The notes below the pieces were generated by a model. That model saw nothing but the letters and a program-made list of their open reading frames with translations. It was not told where the DNA came from and ran no database searches. From Akkermansia muciniphila ATCC BAA-835 (GTDB lineage Bacteria; Verrucomicrobiota; Verrucomicrobiia; Verrucomicrobiales; Akkermansiaceae), in NCBI RefSeq assembly GCF_000020225.1, contig NC_010655.1, positions 870,001 to 902,000 on the forward strand: a stretch of DNA of 32,000 bases, written 5' to 3'. The translations under genes were made by a program, and so were the position numbers. Each line of letters starts with the position of its first letter. Within the stretch, counting starts at the first letter, position 1. Positions 9,379 to 18,458 of this stretch are shown piece after piece.

Positions 9379-10446
9379 TTACGCTTCCTGCCGTTTGGCA
9401 CGGCGTTTGCGGACAGCGGCGGCAAGGGTTTCCAGCACTTCCACTGTCGTCTCCCACCCAATGCACTGGTCCGTGATGCTCTTGCCGTACACCAGGTCGG
9501 AACTCAACGGCTGGGCCCCTTCCACAATGTTGCTTTCAATCATCACGGCAACAACCTGTTCGGACCCGCTGGATATCTGTTCCGCGATATTGGCGGCCAC
9601 AGCCGGCTGTTTGCGATAATCCTTGCAACTGTTTCCGTGGGAACAGTCTATCATGATGCGGTTGTTGATGCCGGCCTTCTGCAAGGCTTCTTCCGCTTCT
9701 TTTACATGATCTTCATCAAAGTTCGGCCCCAGGGAGGAACCGCGCAGGATCAGGTGGCAGGATTTATTGCCCGTAGTGGAAACAATGGCGGAAACTCCCT
9801 GCTTGGTCACGGAAAGGAAGCAGTGCGGACAGGAGGAGGAAACAATGGCGTCTACAGCGATTTGCAGGCTGCCGCTGGTGCCATTCTTGAATCCCACAGG
9901 CATGGAAAGCCCGGAAGCCAGTTCACGGTGTACCTGGCTTTCCGTGGTGCGCGCGCCGATGGCGCCCCACGTGATCAGGTCCGCAATGTACTGCGGCGTG
10001 ATGGTGTCCAGGAACTCGGTAGCTGCGGGCACTCCCATATCCCCCAGGCGCAGCAGCAGCCCGCGGGCCATATGGAGGCCGCGGTTGATGTCAAAGGTAT
10101 GGTTCATGAACGGGTCGTTGATGAGGCCCTTCCAGCCAACGGTGGTGCGGGGCTTTTCAAAATACACGCGCATGATGATCACCAGATCCTTTTCAAAGCG
10201 CGCCATTTGTTCCTTCAGGCGGGAGGCATAGTCCACGGCAGCCTGGGGATCATGGATGGAGCATGGCCCCACCACCACCAGCAGGCGGTCGTCGTGGCCG
10301 GAAATGATGTTCTCCGCATTCTTGCGGGTCGTAGCCACCATTTTGGCGATTTCGGTGGTTGCCGGATAATCCTTGATTAAAATGGCGGGGGAAATCAGGG
10401 GCTCAATGTCTTGAATGCGTATGTCGTCTGTTTTGAACCAGTTCAT
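9379..10446 (-). CDS. aroG: 3-deoxy-7-phosphoheptulonate (DAHP) synthase, class I
   Basis: 355 aa, collinear with E. coli AroG as recalled (DDRLLVVxGPCSIHDP, MRVYFEKPRTTVGWKGLINDP, WGAIGARTTESQVHRELASGLS, KSITDxCIGWE). The isoenzyme type (F, G or H) cannot be assigned. Confidence 0.95.
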   Translation of the reverse strand: MNWFKTDDIRIQDIEPLISPAILIKDYPATTEIAKMVATTRKNAENIISGHDDRLLVVVGPCSIHDPQAAVDYASRLKEQMARFEKDLVIIMRVYFEKPRTTVGWKGLINDPFMNHTFDINRGLHMARGLLLRLGDMGVPAATEFLDTITPQYIADLITWGAIGARTTESQVHRELASGLSMPVGFKNGTSGSLQIAVDAIVSSSCPHCFLSVTKQGVSAIVSTTGNKSCHLILRGSSLGPNFDEDHVKEAEEALQKAGINNRIMIDCSHGNSCKDYRKQPAVAANIAEQISSGSEQVVAVMIESNIVEGAQPLSSDLVYGKSITDQCIGWETTVEVLETLAAAVRKRRAKRQEA

Positions 10447-10604
10447 GTCTGGGGCTTATTGAGAGGTTTTTGAGAGAAGTTGAAAAGAAAAAAATACGGT
10501 TTGCGGGCTTTATGCCTGAATATACCGCGGGGCCTCACGGCCATAAGCCGGAAGCCCCGCAAAATGAAGCGGCCGCGCCTCCCGACAAGAGGCGCCGTCA
10601 TGCA

Positions 10605-11246
10605 TTACCAGGAAGTCACATTGTCTTCCGTCAATTCCGGATTGTTGATATGGCCGTCCGCCGTGCTGCCCTGCTTGTCCTTGCCGGTGCTGTAAACGGC
10701 CACGTTCTTGGTCACCATCCGGGAACCTACCTGAACACGGGGAGTACGGTCGTCAGGGTTGGCATTCAAAATGATGTAATAGGGAGATTCCCAAGGATCC
10801 ATCAGGCCCACACGGCCGCGGCTTTCAAAAAACAGGCCGGGAGCGCCTTCCACATCCGTAGTCGTCGTATTGAAATAAGCCGTTTTCTTGGGATTCAGCT
10901 TTCTGTCCTCATCCGCCCGGTCCATATAATTGGTCAGGATGCTCATGATGCGGCTATCGTCGTCCACGGCGGTTGTCACGTAATACTGTCCGTCCTTGTG
11001 GGCCTGCTTGGTCATTTCCCGGCTGCTCCAGGCCACGGGAACGCGGCCGTTGTCCAGCATGTAATTTTCCACAGCCGTCTGCAGGCCGTTGCAGTCGCTT
11101 CGCGCCGTGGTAACCTTGGATTTTTCCATCACGCCGTTCACCACCGTCATGGCGATGCCGGCCAGCGTCAGGATAATGGCAATCACCACAAGCAATTCAA
11201 TCAACGTGAATCCCTTGGACTTACGGTTCAAAAAAGGTGTCTTCAT
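10605..11246 (-). CDS. prepilin-type N-terminal cleavage/methylation domain protein (type II secretion / type IV pilin-like pseudopilin)
   Basis: KG|FTLIELLVVIAIILTLAGIA is the class III signal motif. The start was chosen at ATG 11244-11246 (MKTPFLNRKSKGFTLIE); the track start at 11267 adds 7 residues. Confidence 0.8.
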   Translation of the reverse strand: MKTPFLNRKSKGFTLIELLVVIAIILTLAGIAMTVVNGVMEKSKVTTARSDCNGLQTAVENYMLDNGRVPVAWSSREMTKQAHKDGQYYVTTAVDDDSRIMSILTNYMDRADEDRKLNPKKTAYFNTTTTDVEGAPGLFFESRGRVGLMDPWESPYYIILNANPDDRTPRVQVGSRMVTKNVAVYSTGKDKQGSTADGHINNPELTEDNVTSW

Positions 11247-11357
11247 ACTTTGCCAAGAGTAGCGCAATTACAGTTCAGGGCAAGCGGAAAACAACCGGCG
11301 CCCCCTATTTCAAAACCTGTTCCCGGAACGGCAGCAGACGAAATAACCCCGGTGCAC

Positions 11358-11392
11358 AAACACCCCGGCGCCTTCCGGCAGCCGGGGTGTTT
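11358..11392 (-). terminator. hairpin downstream of secG
   Basis: AAACACCCCGGC (11358-11369) pairs with GCCGGGGTGTTT (11381-11392). On the minus strand the stem runs directly into TTTGTG. It begins 16 nt after the secG stop. Confidence 0.5.
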
Positions 11393-11407
11393 AAAAAGAA
11401 TGCTCCT

Positions 11408-11887
11408 TTAATTGGAGGGGACAGGGGTTTCTGCGGAAGCAGGAACCGGAGCTTCGGGCACGGAGGGAGCCGGAGCCTGAGAAGAAGCGGCTTCCGCCTC
11501 AGCGGCGCGCCTGCGCAGCTCCTCCTGCTGGAGTTCTTCCGGCGTCTTGGCGGGAACGGAAGCTTCCTGCCTGGCGGCAGCCTTCATCATTTCCGGGCTC
11601 AACAGGCTTTCCGAACTCTTAACGTGCTGCCGGTTGATCAGCATGCCCAGCCCCAGGCAAAGAACCATGAACGCGGTTCCGAAGTACACCGTGGCTTTTT
11701 TCAGCACATCCGTCGTCCGGGCGCCAAAGGCCTGGTCCGTAATGGCTGCGCCAAAGGCGGCTCCCAGCCCTTCCTGCTTGGGCCTCTGCATAAGCACTAC
11801 GCCCAGAAGGAGAAGTGATACAATCACCAAAACGGCAAAAAGTAACTGAATGCTGATATTGAGTGAATCTGCTAAAAAAAGGTTCAT
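11408..11887 (-). CDS. secG: preprotein translocase subunit SecG with extended C-terminal tail
   Basis: 159 aa. Two TM segments flank the conserved LMQRPKQEGLGAAFGAA...FGAR loop, as in E. coli LQQGKGADMGASFGAG. The C-terminal roughly 75 aa are Ala/Pro/Glu-rich low complexity. Confidence 0.8.
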   Translation of the reverse strand: MNLFLADSLNISIQLLFAVLVIVSLLLLGVVLMQRPKQEGLGAAFGAAITDQAFGARTTDVLKKATVYFGTAFMVLCLGLGMLINRQHVKSSESLLSPEMMKAAARQEASVPAKTPEELQQEELRRRAAEAEAASSQAPAPSVPEAPVPASAETPVPSN

Positions 11888-11928
11888 GAGCGCGGGGAGT
11901 ATGTGTGAATTCGAACGGTTTGTAAAGT

Positions 11929-12267
11929 CTAGGAAATGATTTCGTTATGCTCGTTGCAGACGATTTTCTTGGGGATGATGGGCTTGTCCGACAAGGCAAA
12001 ACTCATAATGACCACCCGTTCGCCCGTCTTGATTAAATGGGCCGCACCGCCGTTCATGATGATGTTCCCCGTGCCGGCAGGCCCCTGGAGAGCATATGTT
12101 TCCAGACGGTTCCCGGACGTGACGGACGCCACGAGAACTTTTTCCCCGGGCCACAAATCCACGGCGGCCATCAAATCGGCAGGAATTTCAATACTGCCTT
12201 CATATTGAACATCGCCACGGGTAATCATGGCGCGATGAATTTTTGATTTTAACTGCTCAACCAACAT
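11929..12267 (-). CDS. panD: aspartate 1-decarboxylase
   Basis: 112 aa. KIHRAMITRGDVQYEGSIEI contains the G|S self-processing site. TYA...NGAAAH matches PanD. Confidence 0.95.
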   Translation of the reverse strand: MLVEQLKSKIHRAMITRGDVQYEGSIEIPADLMAAVDLWPGEKVLVASVTSGNRLETYALQGPAGTGNIIMNGGAAHLIKTGERVVIMSFALSDKPIIPKKIVCNEHNEIIS

Positions 12268-12340
12268 GACGTTCGAACAACAAACCCCCGATCGCCCCTC
12301 CGGTCAAGCCGTCATCCTCCATTTTACGGTTTTCTGTGTC

Positions 12341-13276
12341 TTACTCCCCCTCCTCCAGCGCTTCCGCGGCATGGGCGGCATCCCGGGCAAGCTGGCTTTT
12401 CAATTCTTCCAAAGAGGGGAATTTGATTTCCGGCCTTAGGAAACGGACCGGTTCCACTTCCATCTCCCGCCCGTAAATATCCCCCGGGTGGCCGAATAAA
12501 TGCGTTTCCAGCAAAAGTTCCCCCGTCTCACCTTCCACGGTGGGGCGCACCCCCAGATTGGCTACGCCTCCGTATTTTTTGCCGGCCACCCGGGCGCGCA
12601 CGGCGTAAACGCCATGGGGAGGCTGTAACCCGCAACCGGGTCTTATATTGGCCGTGGGGTAGTCCAGCAGGCGCCCCAGTTGGCGCCCGTGAATCACCGG
12701 GCCCTTCCAGCGGTAGGGACGGCCAAGCATGCCGGCAACCTGTAAAAAATCCGCCTCGCGCACGGCTTCGCGAATCCGGGTGCTGCTTATGCGCTCCCCG
12801 TCCTGCAGAATAGGAGGAACGGCCGTCACCCGGAACCCGTAGCGGCAGGACAGCAGGCGCAGGGTTTCTACATTTCCTGCCCTGCCGCGGCCAAAATGCC
12901 AGTCCTCTCCCACGGCAATCTGAGCCACCCGGCAGGAGGAACAAAGTTCCCCAATAAACTCTTCCGGGCTCATGGACGCCAGCCTGGAAGAAAATTCCAG
13001 CGACAGCACCGCCTTCACCCCCAGCTCTTCCATCAAGGCAAATTTTTCAGCATCTTCCCCCATGATGGCGGGCGGCACGCTTTCCGGCCTCACCCGGGCC
13101 AGCGGATGGGTGCGGAATGTCAGCACGGCGGGAATTCCTCCGTCAAGAACAGCCCCTTTCACCGCCGCGGCAATCACTCCGGCATGTCCCAGATGCACCC
13201 CGTCAAACATCCCCACGGCCCAGTGTACGGGGGCGGCAAGGCTTTTCAATTCCTTGAATTCCCGGTAAATGACCAT
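12341..13276 (-). CDS. ribF: bifunctional riboflavin kinase / FMN adenylyltransferase
   Basis: 311 aa. N-terminal GMFDGVHLGH (nucleotidyltransferase) and C-terminal GRQLGxPTAN...GVY...GVANLGxRPT...LExHLF (riboflavin kinase). Confidence 0.93.
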   Translation of the reverse strand: MVIYREFKELKSLAAPVHWAVGMFDGVHLGHAGVIAAAVKGAVLDGGIPAVLTFRTHPLARVRPESVPPAIMGEDAEKFALMEELGVKAVLSLEFSSRLASMSPEEFIGELCSSCRVAQIAVGEDWHFGRGRAGNVETLRLLSCRYGFRVTAVPPILQDGERISSTRIREAVREADFLQVAGMLGRPYRWKGPVIHGRQLGRLLDYPTANIRPGCGLQPPHGVYAVRARVAGKKYGGVANLGVRPTVEGETGELLLETHLFGHPGDIYGREMEVEPVRFLRPEIKFPSLEELKSQLARDAAHAAEALEEGE

Positions 13277-13279
13277 ATG

Positions 13280-14014
13280 CTACCCGGCAATCAGAATATC
13301 CGCCAGCTCCTTCAGGGAAAGCATGGCCCGGAACAGTTCCTCCCTGGGCGCGGTTTTCAGGGTGTCCACCGTAATGGCGCGGTCCAGCGTAAAAGAACCA
13401 GACCTGGTGCGCCGGAGGGCGCTCAAATGCGCTCCGCAGCCCAATGCCTTCCCAATATCATAAGCATAGGACCGCACATAAAAACCTTTGGAACATTGAA
13501 CGGTAAAATCCACTTCCGGAATGGCCACGCGTGAAATTCCGTGGCCAAACACTTCCACAGGCCGCGGCTCCCGCACAATTTCCTGACCTTTCCGGGCCAG
13601 TTTGTACAGCGGCACCCCGTCCTTTTTGATGGCGGAAACCATCGGAGGAATTTGTTCAAAAGCTCCGTCAAACCGGTCAAACGCTTCACGCACGGCCTGT
13701 TCCGTCACTCCGTCTACGGAATACTCCGCCACTATTTCTCCCATGGCATCTTGAGAGGAAGTCTCCACGCCCAGCATAAGGGTTCCGGCGTATTCCTTGT
13801 GTTCGCACATCAACTTGTCCTGAAGCTTGGTCGCCTTCCCTACCACCAGCATCAGCAATCCCGTAGCCATGGGATCCAGCGTGCCGCAATGGCCTATTTT
13901 CTTAATTCCCAGGGAACGGCGCGCAATTGCCACCACATCGTGGGAAGTCATGTCCCGCGCCTTGTCAATCAACAGGACGCCCGAAGGAACCTGGATGGAA
14001 TCTGAAACATTCAT
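13280..14014 (-). CDS. truB: tRNA pseudouridine(55) synthase
   Basis: 244 aa. GVLLIDKxxxMTSHD and the catalytic GHCGTLDPMATGLL motif are present. The stop lies 3 nt before the ribF start. Confidence 0.95.
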   Translation of the reverse strand: MNVSDSIQVPSGVLLIDKARDMTSHDVVAIARRSLGIKKIGHCGTLDPMATGLLMLVVGKATKLQDKLMCEHKEYAGTLMLGVETSSQDAMGEIVAEYSVDGVTEQAVREAFDRFDGAFEQIPPMVSAIKKDGVPLYKLARKGQEIVREPRPVEVFGHGISRVAIPEVDFTVQCSKGFYVRSYAYDIGKALGCGAHLSALRRTRSGSFTLDRAITVDTLKTAPREELFRAMLSLKELADILIAG

Positions 14015-15024
14015 GAAATTTTCTGTCGGATCACGCGTTCCACTTCTTCCCGCATGGCCTTCAGGATAGTAAGGCGCACTTCTTCAATAGGCCCCCGGAT
14101 ACGCACTCCGGCGGCCATGGAATGGCCGCCTCCGCCGAAACGGGAGGCCAGCTCCGCGACGGATATTTCAGGCGTCTTGGATCTCAGGGAAATACGGATG
14201 CGGGGATCTTCCTCCGTTTCTTCCAGATAAGCGGCCAGCCAGACTCCCTGCACGGAACGCAGAAGATCAATCAGGCCTTCCGTATCTTCCGGACGGCTTC
14301 CAATCCGGGCTTTTGCCTCATTCGTCAGGCAAAACGTGCAAATCCTGCCGTCCGGCGTCAGCTTCATTCCGTTCAGCGCCTCACGCATCAACTGCATTTT
14401 CACCCACGGCTTTTCCTGGTAAAGCTGGCGGTTGATGTCCTGGACGTCAACGCCCATCCGGATCAAATCCGCAGCCAGTTCCATGACGGCCGCCGTCGTC
14501 ATCTGATATTGGAAAGACCCCGTATCCGTGCTGACGGCCACGTAAAGGGCGTCTCGCATCACCGGAGTGACGGGAACGCCCAGATACTTGAAAAAGTAAT
14601 ATAAAACCGCCCCCGTGGCGCATTCGTCCGGCAAAACGCACTGAACGTCTCCAAACAGCTCGTTCGTCCGATGGTGGTCGATGTTCGCCCACACCTTCAC
14701 TCCCGCCAAAGCCTCCAGGCTGCGTTCTCCCAGCCTCTTGAGCGCGCCGTTATCCACGGAAATGGCTACTTCCACATCCACCGGCTCATCAGGCGTGGGA
14801 ATAATATTTTCCACACCCGGCATAAAGGCCAGATTGGAAGGCACCCCGTCCTCGTTCATCATCACCACCTTCTTTCCCATTTGCTTCAGGGCTTCCCCCA
14901 AAGCCAGCGTGGAGCCGATAGCGTCGCCGTCCGGGTGAACATGCGCAATTACCGCAAAACTGCCGTGGCTGCGGATCAGATCCGCCAAAGGCGCGAATTG
15001 GGGATAATGTTTCCAATCTTCCAT
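14011..15024 (-). CDS. nrnA: DHH/DHHA1 phosphoesterase (NrnA-like oligoribonuclease / pAp phosphatase)
   Basis: HVHPDGDAIGS, DNG, NIDHHRTN (DHH) and a C-terminal GGGHSMAAG (DHHA1). Its stop overlaps the truB start (ATGA at 14011-14014). The track start at 15066 is a TTG inside the upstream terminator hairpin, so ATG at 15022-15024 (MEDWKHY...) is preferred. Confidence 0.85.
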   Translation of the reverse strand: MEDWKHYPQFAPLADLIRSHGSFAVIAHVHPDGDAIGSTLALGEALKQMGKKVVMMNEDGVPSNLAFMPGVENIIPTPDEPVDVEVAISVDNGALKRLGERSLEALAGVKVWANIDHHRTNELFGDVQCVLPDECATGAVLYYFFKYLGVPVTPVMRDALYVAVSTDTGSFQYQMTTAAVMELAADLIRMGVDVQDINRQLYQEKPWVKMQLMREALNGMKLTPDGRICTFCLTNEAKARIGSRPEDTEGLIDLLRSVQGVWLAAYLEETEEDPRIRISLRSKTPEISVAELASRFGGGGHSMAAGVRIRGPIEEVRLTILKAMREEVERVIRQKIS

Positions 15025-15040
15025 ATGCACTGCCGTGTTT

Positions 15041-15082
15041 TTATAGAAAAAGCCGCACCTGGACAATCACCAAGTGCGGCTT
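15041..15082 (-). terminator. rho-independent terminator of the small lipoprotein gene
   Basis: Minus strand reads AAGCCGCAC-(15 nt loop)-GTGCGGCTT followed by TTTCTATAA. The stem is 9 bp (15050-15058 with 15074-15082) and a U-rich tail follows. Confidence 0.65.
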
Positions 15083-15111
15083 GAAAAGTCGTACTTAATC
15101 CCGGAAGAGGA

Positions 15112-15279
15112 TTACTTCTTGGACTTCATGACCACCGGAGCCACATCCACGGCGGGCTGGTTCAGGTCATTGAACTTGGGCAGGGGGGTCAGGGGCGGAG
15201 CACCCTGATCCTGGCAGCAGCAGGAAGCCATGATGCTCGCCGCAAAAGCGGCAAGAGCCATAACGGTAATCTTCTTCAT
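15112..15279 (-). CDS. small putative lipoprotein (55 aa)
   Basis: The internal ATG at 15277-15279 gives MKKITVMALAAFAASIMAS|CCCQDQG..., a signal peptide with a lipobox-like MASC followed by two more Cys. It has its own terminator. Coding status is inferred only from these features. Confidence 0.5.
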   Translation of the reverse strand: MKKITVMALAAFAASIMASCCCQDQGAPPLTPLPKFNDLNQPAVDVAPVVMKSKK

Positions 15280-15470
15280 ATGCGTGGTTAAATGATGGGT
15301 GATAAAGGATATGGAAATATCTTGGAGCATAAAAGCATACCATGCGGGCGCCCGTCAATCAAATTTGCGAAAATCTCCCAAGGAGACGCCTTTCCCAAAA
15401 TGGCAAGACGCATAAATCGCTCGCCCGGGGTTATCTGTAATTATAATCTCTGCCAAGCTGTATCCTTTTC

Positions 15471-16322
15471 ATGCCCTTTTCCGTCAAAATACTCCGGTTT
15501 TTCGGCATTCTCCTGCTGAGTCTCTGCGCGCTCGGCGTGGCCGGCATGACCTGGGCGTACCTGGTAGAACCCAATCTTCTGTTTGTCAGGAAAGTGGACT
15601 ACCGTGTCCCCCAGTGGAAAGGGAAGGGAACACCCGTTAAAGTCGTTATTGCCGGCGATTTGCACTTGATGCCCACTGCGTTTGATGAAGTGAGGGCCCT
15701 GCGCTATGTTCAGAGGATCATGCGGCTTCGGCCGGACCTGATTCTGCTGGTTGGAGACTATGCCCGGGGAAGCAGCGAAAACGCCAGCATGGATCCCGCT
15801 ACGGCCGCCCGGCTACTGAAAGGCCTGACGGCTCCCTGCGGGGTCTTCGCTATCCAGGGAAACCATGATTTCACCTTCGGCTGGAACAACTGGAGCAGGG
15901 AACTGAAACAGGCGGGAATCACCGTGCTGGAAGACCAGAGCTCTCTTGTCACGTTCAAGGGCGGAAGGCAGCTCCAGCTTTCCGGAATATTGGATACGAC
16001 ACGCAATGTCAGAAAACGGCTGCCCAAACGCCAGTCGCCGGACATCCCCCATTTCCTGCTTTCCCACCGTCCGGAAACGGACCATATACTTTCCCATAGA
16101 GACGTGGACATCGTCATCAGCGGGCACACCCACGGTGGCCAGGTTTGCCTTCCTTTCGGCCTCCTGCGGTTTGAAGCCAGCCCGGACCATGCCCTACCCT
16201 ACACCTATCCCTGGCATATCTCCGGCGGCAATACCTACCTGATCACCAAGGGACTGGGGACAAGCACACTCCCCCTCCGCTTCAACTGCCCGCCGGAAAT
16301 CTATCTGCTGGAACTGCATTGA
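15471..16322 (+). CDS. membrane-anchored metallophosphoesterase (YaeI-like)
   Basis: 283 aa. An N-terminal TM segment, then the calcineurin-like motifs IAGDLH, GDY, GNHD and GHTHGGQ. Confidence 0.88.
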   Translation: MPFSVKILRFFGILLLSLCALGVAGMTWAYLVEPNLLFVRKVDYRVPQWKGKGTPVKVVIAGDLHLMPTAFDEVRALRYVQRIMRLRPDLILLVGDYARGSSENASMDPATAARLLKGLTAPCGVFAIQGNHDFTFGWNNWSRELKQAGITVLEDQSSLVTFKGGRQLQLSGILDTTRNVRKRLPKRQSPDIPHFLLSHRPETDHILSHRDVDIVISGHTHGGQVCLPFGLLRFEASPDHALPYTYPWHISGGNTYLITKGLGTSTLPLRFNCPPEIYLLELH

Positions 16323-16435
16323 CCCATTCCTCCCGTTAAAAATGCAGTCCCTTCCTTCCCGGTTCCCTCCCCCTCCGCTCCACGCCGGCGGCAATCCATA
16401 AGGAAAACGGAAAAGAACGGCCGGGTTCCATAGTT

Positions 16436-17422
16436 TCAAAGGAGCCGGTTATCAAACCCTTCCTTCAGCCTTAAAATCTTTCTGGCCGTCATCCGGTAAA
16501 CAGGCCGGTAAAGGTGCTTTTTCAAGACGGCCGGGAGCGTTCTTCCGGGCAGCGGACCGCGCAGCAGCCCGGCTTCACGCATAACCCGTTCGTAACGTTC
16601 CCCTTCATAACGCCAATTATACCGCCAGGGCTTGTGCACCCCCTGGTAATGAAGAATGCCCGGTTCCAAAGCCGCTTCCACCGCCTGGCGCGGCGTGACG
16701 CCGCGCCAGAACTGTTCCCGGGGATCGTTTTTCAAAATGCGGCGCGTCAAACCGTCATGCCAGTTCCAGCGCGGGTGCAGCGGCACAGTCAGCTCGCACA
16801 GGGCTCCGTTCAAGGCATCCTGGTCCGGACATGTCAGCCTGTCCCGGTGAGTGACGGCATAATCCAGCACAGCCCTGACCAGATTCTTCTCCCGGAAGAC
16901 ATCCACATTCATCAGCAGCACGCCGGAATTGAAATATCCCGTGCAGGTCAGCGGCATCTCAAGACGTTCGTTAAAATGGGAACCGGGTCTGGAAAAATTC
17001 TCAAACACCACCCCTATTGCTTTTCCGTCCATATTCGTCCGGAACAGCTCCGTCAAATCCCGGCAAACCAGAACGTCAATGTCCAGATACAGAATATTGC
17101 CCCGCTCTTCCTTCAATAATTCCGGAATGAACACGCGTCCCCAGGCTGGCACCGGCCATTGTTCCGTATGGGGGAAGTCGTGCTTTTCCAAAATGCCGGA
17201 AACGTCTATGAACTCCAGACGGCAATCGAACGGAGCGGCCAGCCGCTCCACGCTCGCCCAGTTCTCTCCGTCAATGCCGTCGGAAAGAACGTAAATTTTG
17301 TAAAAAGTCTCCGGACCGGCAGTATTCAGCAAAGAAAAGACAGTAACGCTCAAAGGTAGAATGCCCCTGTTGTCACTGGCCAGGACGACGGCAAATTCAT
17401 TCTTTTTCATCGGATTATTCAT
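16436..17422 (-). CDS. glycosyltransferase family 8 (RfaI/RfaJ-like LPS hexosyltransferase)
   Basis: 328 aa. YLDIDVLV (DxD), YFNSGVLLMN, CPDQDALN and HYQGVHKPW are GT8 hallmarks. Confidence 0.88.
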   Translation of the reverse strand: MNNPMKKNEFAVVLASDNRGILPLSVTVFSLLNTAGPETFYKIYVLSDGIDGENWASVERLAAPFDCRLEFIDVSGILEKHDFPHTEQWPVPAWGRVFIPELLKEERGNILYLDIDVLVCRDLTELFRTNMDGKAIGVVFENFSRPGSHFNERLEMPLTCTGYFNSGVLLMNVDVFREKNLVRAVLDYAVTHRDRLTCPDQDALNGALCELTVPLHPRWNWHDGLTRRILKNDPREQFWRGVTPRQAVEAALEPGILHYQGVHKPWRYNWRYEGERYERVMREAGLLRGPLPGRTLPAVLKKHLYRPVYRMTARKILRLKEGFDNRLL

Positions 17423-17432
17423 TCGGGTGATG

Positions 17433-18458
17433 TCAGCGGCGCAGCAACCGGGCTCCCGCCTTGCGCATTTTCTTCCAGTAATAGGAAAAGTCCAAGCCGG
17501 ATTTTCCGCCCATCCAGGCTTTCAGTAATTTTCCTTCCCGGCGGGACAGGCAGGCATCATCCTCTGCGGGACGGTACAGATTTTCCTGACGGAGCATATC
17601 AGTCACCTTCCGGGTAACCTCCTTTTGGACGGCATGAGGGGCATATTTGCGGATGTTCCTCACGCCCATTACCAGCATTTTCAAAAATGCCGTCCTGTAT
17701 TCCTCAAGAATCCCGGCTTCTTTCCATTCCTTCAGCACCAGTTCCGCCACCGTCAGGTAATCCAGCGACTGGAGGGAACTGCCGGACGCAAAACCGCTGG
17801 TAATGGATCCGGCCCGCTTACGGTAAACGTAAGCCGCCCTGCTGACGACGCAAACCCTCCTGCACCATGGAAAAACGGCGTAATGGAAATACAGGTCTTC
17901 ACAGGCAACGCCCTCGGGGAACCGGATGCCATGCTTTTCCACAATGGAACGCCTGATCATCATGCCGCCCGCTCCATGATGTATTTTCCCAATGGTCTCC
18001 GGAGTGCAGGGAAGCCACCCTTTTTCCGGAGGGGCCATGTCCTCCGGCAGAAACCGGTCCTCCCGGTCCGGGGCGGACTCGTAATAATACCGGAACCCGC
18101 ATGCCAGCCTGTCGGCATCCAGCGCCTTCGCACGGCGGTACATCTCCTCCAGCAAATCCGTTTCCAGCCAGTCGTCGGAATCCACCAGAAACAGATATTC
18201 TCCCACAGCATGGCTCATCGCCAGATTCCGGGAGCGGGATAAGCCGCCGTTTTCCGGAGCCTGCACGACCTTCACCCGCGGGTCCCGCTCCGCGAATTCC
18301 CGCAGAATGGACAGGGAACCGTCCGTGGAAGCGTCATCCACGCAAACTATTTCCAGCTCACGGAGCGTCTGTGAGCAAATGCTTTCCAGGCACTGGGCCA
18401 GGTACGGCTCCACATTGTAAACCGGAACCAGCACGGAAATGTTTACGGGAGCCGTCAT
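17433..18458 (-). CDS. glycosyltransferase family 2
   Basis: 341 aa. ISVLVPVYNVEPYLAQCLESICSQT, VCVDDASTDGS and LVDSDD are present. Confidence 0.88.
   Translation of the reverse strand: MTAPVNISVLVPVYNVEPYLAQCLESICSQTLRELEIVCVDDASTDGSLSILREFAERDPRVKVVQAPENGGLSRSRNLAMSHAVGEYLFLVDSDDWLETDLLEEMYRRAKALDADRLACGFRYYYESAPDREDRFLPEDMAPPEKGWLPCTPETIGKIHHGAGGMMIRRSIVEKHGIRFPEGVACEDLYFHYAVFPWCRRVCVVSRAAYVYRKRAGSITSGFASGSSLQSLDYLTVAELVLKEWKEAGILEEYRTAFLKMLVMGVRNIRKYAPHAVQKEVTRKVTDMLRQENLYRPAEDDACLSRREGKLLKAWMGGKSGLDFSYYWKKMRKAGARLLRR

Noticed and set aside
9637-11411. Plus-strand ORFs 9637-10380, 9767-10231 and 10470-11411
   Set aside because: They are antisense to the DAHP synthase gene and to the pseudopilin gene. 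No motifs are present.
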